Source: Escherichia phage vB_Eco_F31
Length of the DNA: 64,000 bases
Strand: one strand, 5' to 3'
Sequence record: OP870147.1
Positions 36,242 to 45,535 of the stretch are shown here, in pieces. The notes under the pieces were generated by a model that was given only the letters and a program-made list of their open reading frames with translations, was not told where the DNA came from and did not search any database. The position numbers and the translations under genes are program-made. How positions within the stretch are numbered: the stretch's first letter is position 1; the number at the start of each line of letters is the position of its first letter.

Positions 36242-36269
36242 AATATTCTCCTCATGTTTTAATAGGACT

Positions 36270-36298
36270 ACTATAATATAGCCCTATCAGTTTGTACA
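36270..36298 (-). promoter_or_regulatory. early promoter / stem-loop cassette
   Basis: TGTACA-N17-TATAGT; TAGGACT/AGCCCTA brackets the -10. Confidence 0.55.
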
Positions 36299-36299
36299 C

Positions 36300-36500
36300 T
36301 TATTTTGACATTTCTTCGATGTCACGACGATACCCATCACGAACTTCACGAAGAGCTTCAAGGCCACACATAGGCTCGATACCAGTAATGTGAACTTGAT
36401 TAATCTGATACTCTACATCTTCTAACTGAGCGAAAACATAACGACGTTCTGCTGCACAACCAGGTTTAGCTTTACCGAAACGTTTATTCAAAGTAGTCAT
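36300..36500 (-). CDS. hypothetical protein
   Basis: Start placed at ATG 36500 (MTTLNKRF...). Confidence 0.5.
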   Translation of the reverse strand: MTTLNKRFGKAKPGCAAERRYVFAQLEDVEYQINQVHITGIEPMCGLEALREVRDGYRRDIEEMSK

Positions 36501-36538
36501 TTTTATATCTCCATTCACTCATTTGTTTTGATAGGTCT

Positions 36539-36567
36539 ATAGTATCAACAACTACAGACCTTGTAAA
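36539..36567 (-). promoter_or_regulatory. early promoter / stem-loop cassette
   Basis: TTTACA-N17-TACTAT; AGGTCT/AGACCT brackets the -10. Confidence 0.6.
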
Positions 36568-36580
36568 CTGTTTTGTGAAA

Positions 36581-37537
36581 TTATTTGAAAGGTTTTACCA
36601 TATGAAAGTTTTGTTTGAAACGCTTGACGTAATCGTCGTGTCCTAAGCTTTGGTACATACTTACTACTTTGCTATAATTTTCCCAAGCGAACTCACGGAA
36701 CCATCCTGATGTGATTGATGTACAGACCTTTTCAAGGGCCATCATAAAACTATCACGTGGATGGATTTTAAAGTCGTTAGGAATCTGTGAACGTTCAAGA
36801 GCTAATACACAAGCTTCTTCATATACACCGGCTAATTTAACCATTTCTGGTAACGATTCGAACTTCTCGCGTGAGGTCATGACTTCAGAACCGTCTTTCA
36901 TATAAAACTTATAAGCAGGCTGGTCAGTTAGTGCAATGGCTTCATGGATAGTATCATGGTCATACGTATAGATGTCATCTTTAAAGAACGCACTTTTAGA
37001 AGTGTCAAGAACTGGGTGAGCATAATTCAAGGTTTCTTTCTGGCGTTTCAGCATAATTTCAGTAAGTTCATCGTTCAGTGTAACACCTTTACCACGAAGA
37101 TACTGAATATGGTTCATAGTCTTTAAAAAGAATGGATTATTTTTCTTGAAACGATGAGACATCTTAATTGCAAGACATATCTCAGGAGTTGCCCAGTAAA
37201 ACCCGTTCAAACGGTCTTTAGTCAAATTTTTCTTGGAGTATTTTAAAAGGTCATAAGAAGACGTGAAATCTTCAGGAGTGAGTTCACCGACTAGTTCGCG
37301 AACGTTAGTGATAGCCGGAACGATGTATGCTTCAAAATGAGTTTCGCGTCCATTATGGAAGCATTTGAAAACTTGGACATCAGGGTTATCTTGGTGAACA
37401 TATACACCCATCATTTGATTTTTGAATGCATTCCAAGAACCTTGGTCCGCAATAAAGTCCCAGTCACTATTTTTAATAGCGCTAGAATCAATAAGACCGT
37501 GATAGTGAAGTGCACGAGAACCAATAACTAACATCAT
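36581..37537 (-). CDS. hypothetical protein
   Basis: 318-aa ORF, no motif recognised. Confidence 0.6.
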   Translation of the reverse strand: MMLVIGSRALHYHGLIDSSAIKNSDWDFIADQGSWNAFKNQMMGVYVHQDNPDVQVFKCFHNGRETHFEAYIVPAITNVRELVGELTPEDFTSSYDLLKYSKKNLTKDRLNGFYWATPEICLAIKMSHRFKKNNPFFLKTMNHIQYLRGKGVTLNDELTEIMLKRQKETLNYAHPVLDTSKSAFFKDDIYTYDHDTIHEAIALTDQPAYKFYMKDGSEVMTSREKFESLPEMVKLAGVYEEACVLALERSQIPNDFKIHPRDSFMMALEKVCTSITSGWFREFAWENYSKVVSMYQSLGHDDYVKRFKQNFHMVKPFK

Positions 37538-37565
37538 AATATTTTCCTCGGATTAATTCATTAAC

Positions 37566-37817
37566 TTAAATTTCACGACATGCGATATTATATTCATCCC
37601 AGAGGTCATCATGTGAAGCCTCTACCAATGGAACGATTGTACCGTTTATGTCTTCATTATAAGGGCAAATTGTACAGTGCGCATCTTCGAATCGGATGCC
37701 TTTGTGTTCAGATTTTTTATAACGCATATCGAATATCTTTGCAAACTTTTCACGAGTAATGGTTTTACCAACCACTTTGGTTCCGATACTTTCGTAATAA
37801 ATCATTGTGGACTCCAT
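37566..37817 (-). CDS. hypothetical protein
   Basis: 83-aa ORF. Confidence 0.5.
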   Translation of the reverse strand: MESTMIYYESIGTKVVGKTITREKFAKIFDMRYKKSEHKGIRFEDAHCTICPYNEDINGTIVPLVEASHDDLWDEYNIACREI

Positions 37818-37833
37818 TTGTTTTGATAGGACT

Positions 37834-37862
37834 ACTATAACATAGCCCTATCTTGTTGTAAA
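37834..37862 (-). promoter_or_regulatory. early promoter / stem-loop cassette
   Basis: TTTACA-N17-TATAGT; GATAGGACT/AGCCCTATC brackets the -10. Confidence 0.6.
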
Positions 37863-37867
37863 CTGTT

Positions 37868-38065
37868 TTAGCAAGAATAACTAGATGATACCCAGCCTTG
37901 AACAGTGATATTATTGTGGGATAATGAGATCGCGTCCTGGAGATTCAGACCTGCGTTATCTTCAATCCATAATGTAACTTCTTCGCGTTCTTCTGTTGCA
38001 ATTTGGAACAGGTTTTCCAGAGCAGCTACTGCCGTACGTACAGCACAATCTAATTCACGAGACAT
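37868..38065 (-). CDS. hypothetical protein, GWVSSS-C family
   Basis: C-terminus QGWVSSSYSC shared with two upstream paralogs. Confidence 0.55.
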   Translation of the reverse strand: MSRELDCAVRTAVAALENLFQIATEEREEVTLWIEDNAGLNLQDAISLSHNNITVQGWVSSSYSC

Positions 38066-38074
38066 ATTGTTTCC

Positions 38075-38347
38075 TTAGCAAGTGTGAGAAGATGCGACCC
38101 AACCACCGGTTTCGAGGCTCAGGTTGTAGTCGTATTGGTAAACGTCAGCCCATTCAGCATAGCCGTTTTTTGTACAACGTTCAAGATCGGCTTTAAGATG
38201 TCCGGGTGAATGATAGGTTCCACCCATACCATAAGCTGGGTACAAGTTGAATGTTGTGTTTTGTTTATCAGCAATTTCTTTGGCAGCCTCAATAGCTGCA
38301 TAGATTTTTGCTACAGCTTCAGCCAGTTCGGTTTGTTCTTTAGACAT
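38075..38347 (-). CDS. hypothetical protein, GWVSSS-C family
   Basis: C-terminus GGWVASSHTC. Confidence 0.55.
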   Translation of the reverse strand: MSKEQTELAEAVAKIYAAIEAAKEIADKQNTTFNLYPAYGMGGTYHSPGHLKADLERCTKNGYAEWADVYQYDYNLSLETGGWVASSHTC

Positions 38348-38356
38348 AATGATTCC

Positions 38357-38662
38357 TTAGCACAACGCAGAAGACGAAACCCAAGCACCTTCAGTAATAA
38401 CGTATCCATTACCTTCACGCTTAACATCGCCGCCATTATTTTCAATTTCATCTTTCATCCACTGGGATACGATTTCACCCTTAGGATAATAAGTACGACC
38501 GCTACCATAATCACCTACAGAAAATGATACGGCATATTGGTCTGCGATCTTTGTTGCTTCTTCTTCGATACGTTCAGCTTGATTCAGAAGTTTATAAATT
38601 GCATCTGAAGCGGATTTGGCATCATTAAACTCTGGTACTTTAATTTCAATAATCTTACTCAT
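38357..38662 (-). CDS. hypothetical protein, GWVSSS-C family
   Basis: C-terminus GAWVSSSALC. Confidence 0.55.
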   Translation of the reverse strand: MSKIIEIKVPEFNDAKSASDAIYKLLNQAERIEEEATKIADQYAVSFSVGDYGSGRTYYPKGEIVSQWMKDEIENNGGDVKREGNGYVITEGAWVSSSALC

Positions 38663-39018
38663 TTTCTACATTCCTTAATAAAGTTTTCGATTGTTTCATT
38701 TTCACGTTTAGCTAGGAGTTCATTATAACTAATCATTTGAGAAGCGTAAACCTTTTTATTTTTCTTGTTATGGTTTATAAAATCGTAGTAAAAATAGACT
38801 ACAGTACAAAAGGATGCGATAGATGCAAAGGCTTGGGTATACCGTAAGTCCTGCCATTGGTCTGTGAATCCACCAGTGTTACCTATAAATCCTAACACAA
38901 CTCCGTCAATAAGAAATCCAACTAATCCAAAGGCAAATCCCATGCCAATACTCATAATAAAAATTAGAATGTTCTCACCAAGAGAAGGCCATACGGTTAA
39001 GAGTTGAGGCTTTTGCAT
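38659..39018 (-). CDS. hypothetical membrane protein, C-terminal ENFIKECR module
   Basis: Hydrophobic helices; C-terminus IENFIKECRK. Confidence 0.5.
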   Translation of the reverse strand: MQKPQLLTVWPSLGENILIFIMSIGMGFAFGLVGFLIDGVVLGFIGNTGGFTDQWQDLRYTQAFASIASFCTVVYFYYDFINHNKKNKKVYASQMISYNELLAKRENETIENFIKECRK

Positions 39019-39422
39019 CTTATTTCCTTAACGAATTCCATAGCTTCTTCATATTCATACTTTTTAACAGCTTCATCATACTGAGCTTGGGCTTTTGCGC
39101 ACTGAACTTTCCACTCACGAACTCGAGCTCTGTGATGACGGCCTTGGTGCCAATATCCTGCCCAATTAATAGGCATTAATAAAAACGGTACAATAAGTGG
39201 TGCGACGAACATTAATGAAAACGCTGCATCAGACGATATAACTTTATTGGAATCTAAAACAGCTCCTATAATCATAAAGATTAAAAATGCTAAAGCTAAA
39301 ATAGGACCAAATAGTACTTCGTTTGGGATTAATTTACGTTTGTATTCGTATGCCCAGGGCTTAATTGGCATGTACAGGGTTGGCTTTGACATATTCTCTA
39401 CATTCCATAATAAATTGCTCAA
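38997..39422 (-). CDS. hypothetical membrane protein
   Basis: Hydrophobic helices; C-terminus EFVKEIRCK variant; start uncertain. Confidence 0.5.
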   Translation of the reverse strand: MSNLLWNVENMSKPTLYMPIKPWAYEYKRKLIPNEVLFGPILALAFLIFMIIGAVLDSNKVISSDAAFSLMFVAPLIVPFLLMPINWAGYWHQGRHHRARVREWKVQCAKAQAQYDEAVKKYEYEEAMEFVKEIRCKSLNS

Positions 39423-39984
39423 GGATTAAATTGTTAGTGAAATTAGGACTAACAACCATAGTTTCATAAAGCGCATCAATAGCACTTAAAGCATCAACTC
39501 TCTTAAGCAAAGGCTTGCCTTCATACATAGTTTCAGAATCGACGATTAAAGTGAAGTAGTATTTTTTATTATTGACCAGAACTTCTGTATCAATATAAAA
39601 CATGTTAGACCTCAGAAGCTTATCTCTAAAACCATAATAATCTTCAGAGCGTTCGCTGATATATTCCCATTCGGTGTTTAAACAACAAACAGACCACGTA
39701 GGAGCAACGAAATCAGTGAATCTAATATCATGGTCTGCAACTAGTTTAGCAATAGCTCCGATATCATGAATCATAATACCTGGGGCTAATAAAGATTTTC
39801 TGCTATGGCTAGCCGTTTTCTCGGTGGTCTCATAAGAAGACGACCAGTACCATTTACGTCCAGTTGCAACATATCGTAATGAATCAACTAAAGACGTAGG
39901 TGGATTTACCTTATCTCGGAACTCTTCGAACATTGAGTCAATATCATTATTTTGGTTTCGCATGTTAACTCCTTTATTATCCAA
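39361..39984 (-). CDS. hypothetical protein
   Basis: 207 aa; near-C-terminal EQFIMECREY; start uncertain. Confidence 0.5.
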   Translation of the reverse strand: MDNKGVNMRNQNNDIDSMFEEFRDKVNPPTSLVDSLRYVATGRKWYWSSSYETTEKTASHSRKSLLAPGIMIHDIGAIAKLVADHDIRFTDFVAPTWSVCCLNTEWEYISERSEDYYGFRDKLLRSNMFYIDTEVLVNNKKYYFTLIVDSETMYEGKPLLKRVDALSAIDALYETMVVSPNFTNNLILEQFIMECREYVKANPVHAN

Positions 39985-40012
39985 AAGGAGGACCGGAGTC
40001 CTCCGTATTATT

Positions 40013-40606
40013 TTATTTCAAAGAGTTAATATATTCTTGTACATCAGCAGAAGTGGTTTCGACACCAGCTGGAGTGCCATTGAACGTTTCAACACGAGTT
40101 AGAGTGTCTTCGATATCAACCTTAGTCAGTGCAGCGATTTCAATTACATCATCGGCCGTAGAGATACCAAGGGCATTAGCTGCTCGAGTTTCACGAATGT
40201 ATTCGAGTTTGATTGCCAGATTCTGCCGAGCATCATCAAGTTCAACCACCTTACGAGCAATTTCAATTCGCATAGCGGCATACCCGTCAGCTTTTGTATT
40301 AAGTTGTTCGGCAGTTCGACGATACAGAAGACCAAGCTTAGCATGCATAGTAACATCTTGTCCTTCGGCCAGGAGCTTACGAATTTCACGTTCCTTAGAA
40401 GCGGCTTGCTTGTTCTTTTCATTAACAAGTTCGCGAATACGTTTTTCTTCATTAATAGATTTAACAGAAGCCGTTTTTAGTTCTTTGATTTGGGTAATCA
40501 ACTTATCTGCAGCTGCGTTATACTGTTCTTCGACAGTCAGATTTTTAGCCATAGCAGTACCCAGTTTAGTGCGGATGAATTCAACAAGTTTCTTCAGTGT
40601 GTTCAT
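40013..40606 (-). CDS. hypothetical coiled-coil protein
   Basis: Start placed at ATG 40606 ([10 protein letters not shown]...). Confidence 0.55.
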   Translation of the reverse strand: MNTLKKLVEFIRTKLGTAMAKNLTVEEQYNAAADKLITQIKELKTASVKSINEEKRIRELVNEKNKQAASKEREIRKLLAEGQDVTMHAKLGLLYRRTAEQLNTKADGYAAMRIEIARKVVELDDARQNLAIKLEYIRETRAANALGISTADDVIEIAALTKVDIEDTLTRVETFNGTPAGVETTSADVQEYINSLK

Positions 40607-40647
40607 ATTATTACCTTTCAATTGGTGGTTTATTATCCAACGAGAGC

Positions 40648-40676
40648 ATTATACTCTGCTCTCAAGAGTTTGTAAA
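40648..40676 (-). promoter_or_regulatory. early promoter / stem-loop cassette
   Basis: TTTACA-N17-TATAAT; repeat GAGAGC/GCTCTC brackets the -10; near-copy of 10111 cassette with compensatory changes. Confidence 0.6.
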
Positions 40677-40904
40677 TTATTTTTTAATCAAATTGACATA
40701 AAACTTGGCGTCTTCAGGGTGCATGCCTTCGCAGTATTCTTCAACCATGAACTTCTTAACAGCTTCATAAGGACCACTCAGATTAAGCTCAGTTGTCCAG
40801 AACTTGGAATCTTGGACTGAATCGATACGAACTTCAGGGTGGCGGTTGCGAATAACTTCTTCGGTGTATTCATAATCAACGACATCAATACTAACTTTAG
40901 CCAT
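40677..40904 (-). CDS. hypothetical protein
   Basis: 75-aa ORF. Confidence 0.5.
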   Translation of the reverse strand: MAKVSIDVVDYEYTEEVIRNRHPEVRIDSVQDSKFWTTELNLSGPYEAVKKFMVEEYCEGMHPEDAKFYVNLIKK

Positions 40905-40931
40905 TTTGTTTTCCTCTTGATTTGATGTGAT

Positions 40932-40960
40932 TACTATAACATAAACTTACTTAGATGTAA
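40932..40960 (-). promoter_or_regulatory. early promoter
   Basis: TTTACA-N17-TATAGT upstream of ATG 40904. Confidence 0.55.
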
Positions 40961-41145
40961 ATTATTTCAACGTCACCTTTAGCTGCTTTATAACCTTCAG
41001 CCCAAGATACAACAGAGTTTTTATCTGAGGATTCAAATTCAGGCATTGGACTTTCACCAATATTCACACAGTATGTTTCTTCATTTTCATCGAACCAAAT
41101 AATTAAAGTAGTCATTTTGTTTACTCCTCTGTTGTTGATAAACCC

Positions 41146-41174
41146 ATAGTATCACCATCCTTGGTGCTTGTACA
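41146..41174 (-). promoter_or_regulatory. early promoter / stem-loop cassette
   Basis: TGTACA-N17-TACTAT with hairpin CACCA-TCCT-TGGTG in spacer (diverged copy of 18749 type). Confidence 0.5.
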
Positions 41175-41183
41175 TCATTATTT

Positions 41184-41489
41184 TTAATTTTTCCAACTTA
41201 ACAACTTGTAGTGTCCTTCATTCATACGTGGTTTATCCCAAGAAATACTAATATATGATTCACCGTCAATAGAAGTCGCCGGGTTTTTCTCTACCGTAAG
41301 ACCTTCACTTTCCAGCCATTCAATAGTATTTGAGCATAAATCAGAAGAACACCTCATCGGGAACCGGCAAGATTTTTCACCTTTAGCCGCAGTGTTATAC
41401 ATCTTTTCTAAAATACGCTTTTGCACGTTTTTAAAAATAGTTTCAGCAGATTCTTCAGATTTTTTATTCAGTTCAGTGTAAAGACTCAT
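41184..41489 (-). CDS. hypothetical protein
   Basis: 101-aa ORF. Confidence 0.5.
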   Translation of the reverse strand: MSLYTELNKKSEESAETIFKNVQKRILEKMYNTAAKGEKSCRFPMRCSSDLCSNTIEWLESEGLTVEKNPATSIDGESYISISWDKPRMNEGHYKLLSWKN

Positions 41490-41517
41490 AATATTCTCCT
41501 CTGTGGTTGATAAGTCT

Positions 41518-41545
41518 ATAGTATCATGTCCTTAGAAGAAGTAAA
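41518..41545 (-). promoter_or_regulatory. early promoter
   Basis: TTTACT-N16-TACTAT upstream of ATG 41489. Confidence 0.5.
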
Positions 41546-41579
41546 CATCTTTATGAAATATTTTTATGCCCTAGATGCC

Positions 41580-41606
41580 AAAAAGCCCCAACCATAAGGA
41601 AGGGGC
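41580..41606 (-). terminator. rho-independent terminator (GCCCC...GGGGC cassette)
   Basis: Same hairpin as 26071 copy followed by T5; 6 nt after stop at 41613. Confidence 0.7.
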
Positions 41607-41612
41607 ATTCTA

Positions 41613-42077
41613 TTATTTAATTTGTTTAGCAGACCAGATACGGTCTTTAATAAGTTTTTGGATATCTTCAACATACTCAAGGCTATGAGCGTGAGGATTA
41701 TCTTTGAAGCTATGTGCTCGTGCCAGTTTCTGTCCTTCTGTTTTGATTACTAAAAGCTCTTTAAGAATTGCTTCATACTTAGAAATAATTCCTTTGGCGA
41801 TATTTTTTTCTTGAGCTGCTTTAGGGTCCGCTTTTGGCGCAGGTGCTTTACCTGTAGCTTTCTGGAACAATTCACCTGATGCAGCTAGGCTTTTAAAAAC
41901 TCGGCTAACAGTATTAGCATTAGTAAAACCTTCGGCTTTAAAATCTCTAATAAAACGGAAACGTTCTTCATCAGAGGCGTCTTTGTAAGAATATTTACCT
42001 GCTTGAATTGCTGCAATCGCAGCGGCTTTTACATCTGAACTAGATTGTTCAGTCAAAAATTCAGCGTATGATTTCAT
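41613..42077 (-). CDS. internal protein (capsid-targeted; ipI-like position)
   Basis: CTS MKSYAEFLTE; terminator downstream. Confidence 0.7.
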   Translation of the reverse strand: MKSYAEFLTEQSSSDVKAAAIAAIQAGKYSYKDASDEERFRFIRDFKAEGFTNANTVSRVFKSLAASGELFQKATGKAPAPKADPKAAQEKNIAKGIISKYEAILKELLVIKTEGQKLARAHSFKDNPHAHSLEYVEDIQKLIKDRIWSAKQIK

Positions 42078-42122
42078 GTTGCTTTTCCTAAATTAATTAA
42101 CTTATCTATTTATTATTATGCC

Positions 42123-42149
42123 AAAAAGCCCCAACCTTTCGGAAGGGGC
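42123..42149 (-). terminator. rho-independent terminator (GCCCC...GGGGC cassette, GAAA loop)
   Basis: Minus strand GCCCCTTCC-GAAA-GGTTGGGGC followed by T5; closes the tRNA/RNA locus. Confidence 0.7.
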
Positions 42150-42201
42150 TATGCCTTGCGGCAACCTTGTCGGGGTTCCACCTGCTAAGGCAAGTGTTTG
42201 T

Positions 42202-42293
42202 ACGAAACGCCGGGATTTGAACCCGGTTATTAAGCAGTTGACGCTACTCAATATTTTTAAAAGGCCATATCTCGACCATATCCGAACGTTCCG
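42202..42293 (-). ncRNA. tRNA-like element (acceptor stem plus canonical T-arm, no canonical D or anticodon arm)
   Basis: Minus strand 5' CGGAACG pairs with CGTTTCG 3'; T-arm CCGGG-TTCAAAT-CCCGG at 42210..42226; no CCA encoded. Confidence 0.3.
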
Positions 42294-42637
42294 TCAAAAA
42301 CGCTACTCGGCTTACGGCAAAGATATTTCCTCGAATCGATAATTCGGTGCGCCGTTTCTGCTGTGATGTAAGGGGATATTAAAAAATCGTAAAGATTTAT
42401 TAAGACCAGTCCTTACTCAGGGAACATCAGTCCGACGACTTACCGGTAGCGACCCGGCTTCTTATTTTGGCATATCATCAATTTGCTCTCGACGCCGACG
42501 CCATAGATTAATAGCTTCATTAACACATTCGGCGTTTGGTATATGACGGCAATAATATAATGATTCGCGTTTCTGGAACCGATGTTGCAACGGGATTTCG
42601 TTTAAAAGGTCTTTACGGTCAAAGTATTCAAAACTAG

Positions 42638-42805
42638 TTAACCCGGAACGGTTTTAAGAAACTTCCAATGTCCGAATTCATTTTTAAAATAAACATAATC
42701 AGCATGTTGATATAATGAATTAATTAACCTATCGGAAATAACTGTTTCACGTTCGTTAAAATAAAACGTTAAATCATGAACTACCAGATACACATTGCCT
42801 TTCAT
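42638..42805 (-). CDS. hypothetical protein
   Basis: Start placed at ATG 42805 (MKGNVYLVVHDL...), SD GAGGAAAA, just downstream of tRNA-Arg. Confidence 0.45.
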   Translation of the reverse strand: MKGNVYLVVHDLTFYFNERETVISDRLINSLYQHADYVYFKNEFGHWKFLKTVPG

Positions 42806-42823
42806 ATTTTCCTCACTTGAAGT

Positions 42824-42900
<77 letters not shown>

Positions 42901-42903
42901 GAT

Positions 42904-42978
42904 TGGTGACCCTGGCTGGTTTCGATCCAGCTACCTATCAGTTATGAGCTGACAGCTCTCCCATTGAGCTACAGGGCC
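42904..42978 (-). tRNA. tRNA with CAU anticodon (Met, or Ile2 if lysidine-modified)
   Basis: 75 nt with CCA; acceptor GGCCCTG/CAGGGTC, anticodon loop CTCATAA, T-arm GCTGG/CCAGC; 3 nt from tRNA-Arg. Confidence 0.85.
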
Positions 42979-43040
42979 TTAATAACTTTCTATTATGAAA
43001 GGCACTTTAGAGCACCTTTGGTAATAGAGGGTATGAATTA

Positions 43041-43067
43041 ATAATAACACATAATTCTTAAAGCAAA
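43041..43067 (-). promoter_or_regulatory. MotA-dependent middle promoter for the tRNA cluster
   Basis: Perfect MotA box TTTGCTTTA + 12 nt + TATTAT, ~63 nt upstream of tRNA 5' end. Confidence 0.55.
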
Positions 43068-43573
43068 TCAATCATTTTAACAGTCGGCAAAACGATTTCT
43101 TCTTCAATATAAGCAAATTCAACACATTCAACTACACGCAAGAAATCATAATCATAATATTCAGAAGCATGGCCAAGAATATCAATGAGACCTTCTGATA
43201 CTAAATATCCATTCTCATGGAACAGGTCAAATATACGTGATTCATCTTCTTCAGATTTATTACCGAGGTCGACTTCAATATCAAAGACCTTTTTAATGAA
43301 TTCTGGATAAAGCTGGTCTGAGAACAGTCCTTCAACCAAGTATTCATAGATTAAAAGCGAGCAATCACTGAATGGTGTATTACCACAGTAACGTTCAGCT
43401 TTAGTGCTAGAATGACGACTCTTAAATTTCTTCAAGAGATATTTAAACTGTTGGAGCTCATGCTCTTCTACACCAAATAATGTTTTGGTTTTATAGTTAT
43501 CGCCGTCATTTTCCCAAGTAGTGACATCAATTACGTAACCTTTAGGAATTGTACTGCCTAAACAAATATTCAT
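43058..43573 (-). CDS. hypothetical protein
   Basis: 171-aa acidic ORF. Confidence 0.55.
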   Translation of the reverse strand: MNICLGSTIPKGYVIDVTTWENDGDNYKTKTLFGVEEHELQQFKYLLKKFKSRHSSTKAERYCGNTPFSDCSLLIYEYLVEGLFSDQLYPEFIKKVFDIEVDLGNKSEEDESRIFDLFHENGYLVSEGLIDILGHASEYYDYDFLRVVECVEFAYIEEEIVLPTVKMIDLL

Positions 43574-43577
43574 TTAC

Positions 43578-43868
43578 TCACCGTACCATATTAATGTAAT
43601 TATATTCAATGCAACGTAATTTCAAAGGATTCTTGAAAATATCATATTCAAGAGGGCCTTTTTCTGTTTCAATAAAGAAATCAAAGTTAACTGTGTTAAA
43701 TTTATCGTCTTCACAGAGTAATTTAACCTGTGAAGACGAACGGTCGATATAAACCTTTTCAACCTCAAAGTTAGTCAGAATACCGTAGTCATCGACTAGT
43801 GCTTTAGCTGCACGTCGGTCGCTTTCATATCCATTCTCAATGGACGATACTTTAGCATAAAGAATCAT
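43578..43868 (-). CDS. hypothetical protein
   Basis: 96-aa ORF. Confidence 0.5.
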   Translation of the reverse strand: MILYAKVSSIENGYESDRRAAKALVDDYGILTNFEVEKVYIDRSSSQVKLLCEDDKFNTVNFDFFIETEKGPLEYDIFKNPLKLRCIEYNYINMVR

Positions 43869-44245
43869 GAATGTTCCACCATTTCAAAGGTATGAGCATC
43901 AACAATATGATACCAGTCAAAATTTTCTTCTGCGTTTTTATAAATTTCGCGAAGAGCTTCAACAGTTTTTCCTGTAGCAACAAGGTCGTCAATACCACCA
44001 AGAGGATAACAGTCATAACCAGCAAACAGAAGAAAATTAATAGTTTCTGTAGGTTCTGGATGCAGAACACCGTTATCGTCTACCACTTCAAAGAAAGTGT
44101 AAGAAGGAGTACAAGTTTTAATCCAAGCCCATGCTTGAGCCGCTGAATCAAATGGTCTGCGTATCAAACGACAATCAGGGTCTTTAGAAGGATTTGCTTC
44201 AAAATCAGCATATACATGATATTTCATTTTACTCACCTTTTGCAA
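43865..44245 (-). CDS. hypothetical protein
   Basis: 126-aa ORF. Confidence 0.5.
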   Translation of the reverse strand: MQKVSKMKYHVYADFEANPSKDPDCRLIRRPFDSAAQAWAWIKTCTPSYTFFEVVDDNGVLHPEPTETINFLLFAGYDCYPLGGIDDLVATGKTVEALREIYKNAEENFDWYHIVDAHTFEMVEHS

Positions 44246-44435
44246 TTTTATCCATAACGATAGCGATTAAGCTGATTAGAAATGCTACTACCAATGAGAT
44301 AGAGTTTTCAGTTGTTGTCAGTAGTCCACAAATGAATCCTACAAACATCGAAAAACTAAAAGCCATTGAAGCAATTACTACAGCAACATTACGAATCAGT
44401 TCAGCGCGTTTCATTTTATTTCTCCATTTACTCAT
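44229..44435 (-). CDS. hypothetical membrane protein
   Basis: 68 aa, two hydrophobic helices. Confidence 0.5.
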   Translation of the reverse strand: MSKWRNKMKRAELIRNVAVVIASMAFSFSMFVGFICGLLTTTENSISLVVAFLISLIAIVMDKIAKGE

Positions 44436-44451
44436 TTGTTTTGATAGGACT

Positions 44452-44480
44452 ACTATAACATAGTCCTATCTGCATGTAAA
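44452..44480 (-). promoter_or_regulatory. early promoter / stem-loop cassette
   Basis: TTTACA-N17-TATAGT; perfect 9-bp repeat GATAGGACT/AGTCCTATC brackets the -10. Confidence 0.65.
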
Positions 44481-44484
44481 CTAC

Positions 44485-44772
44485 TTACAGAAGAGTTTTT
44501 GCAATAATTTTAAGCTGAGCTACAGAAATATGCTTAGCTTTAAACAGTGCAGTCTCTTCAGCCGGAGAGATAACAATAGTAGCGCCATCTTTCTTAGCGG
44601 ACCACCCATCCCCTAAGTAAACAGTACCTTTTACTTCTTCGCCGTCAACCAGACTAATCATTGGTTTACCCTCGCGTCCTTTATTTGCTTTAATAACTTC
44701 GGAAGTAAGGGTTGCTTCGGTCAGAGTAGAAACGTTAGCAAAAGGTGATATAAATTCTTTATAGGATTTCAT
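44485..44772 (-). CDS. internal protein (capsid-targeted)
   Basis: CTS-like MKSYKEFIS...LTE. Confidence 0.65.
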   Translation of the reverse strand: MKSYKEFISPFANVSTLTEATLTSEVIKANKGREGKPMISLVDGEEVKGTVYLGDGWSAKKDGATIVISPAEETALFKAKHISVAQLKIIAKTLL

Positions 44773-44806
44773 TTTATTTCCTTGAGGTTGTTTATTTGAT
44801 AGGACG

Positions 44807-44835
44807 ATAGTATCACACCAACATCCTTATGTAAA
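44807..44835 (-). promoter_or_regulatory. early promoter
   Basis: TTTACA-N17-TACTAT upstream of internal-protein gene. Confidence 0.55.
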
Positions 44836-44849
44836 CTGTTTTGTGAAAA

Positions 44850-45535
<686 letters not shown>

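Noticed and set aside
40053-40820. 255-aa plus-strand ORF, the longest plus ORF in the early region
   Set aside because: Lies antisense to the coiled-coil gene 40013..40606 and across the promoter cassette; translation is Ser/Arg/Ala-rich low complexity typical of an antisense shadow; no SD.
40950-41115. Two short overlapping frames (25 aa and ~36 aa) that could be a frameshifted ~55-aa gene
   Set aside because: Too short and unsupported by any recognisable similarity; cannot be distinguished from chance in AT-rich sequence.
42202-42293. Calling the tRNA-like element a genuine tRNA
   Set aside because: Acceptor stem and T-arm are good, but hand folding gives no D-arm and only a 6-nt anticodon loop; kept as a tRNA-like ncRNA pending a covariance-model scan.
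42118-42342. 74-aa plus-strand ORF across the terminator and tRNA-like element
   Set aside because: Covers structured RNA on the opposite strand; no SD; the region is better explained as RNA-coding.
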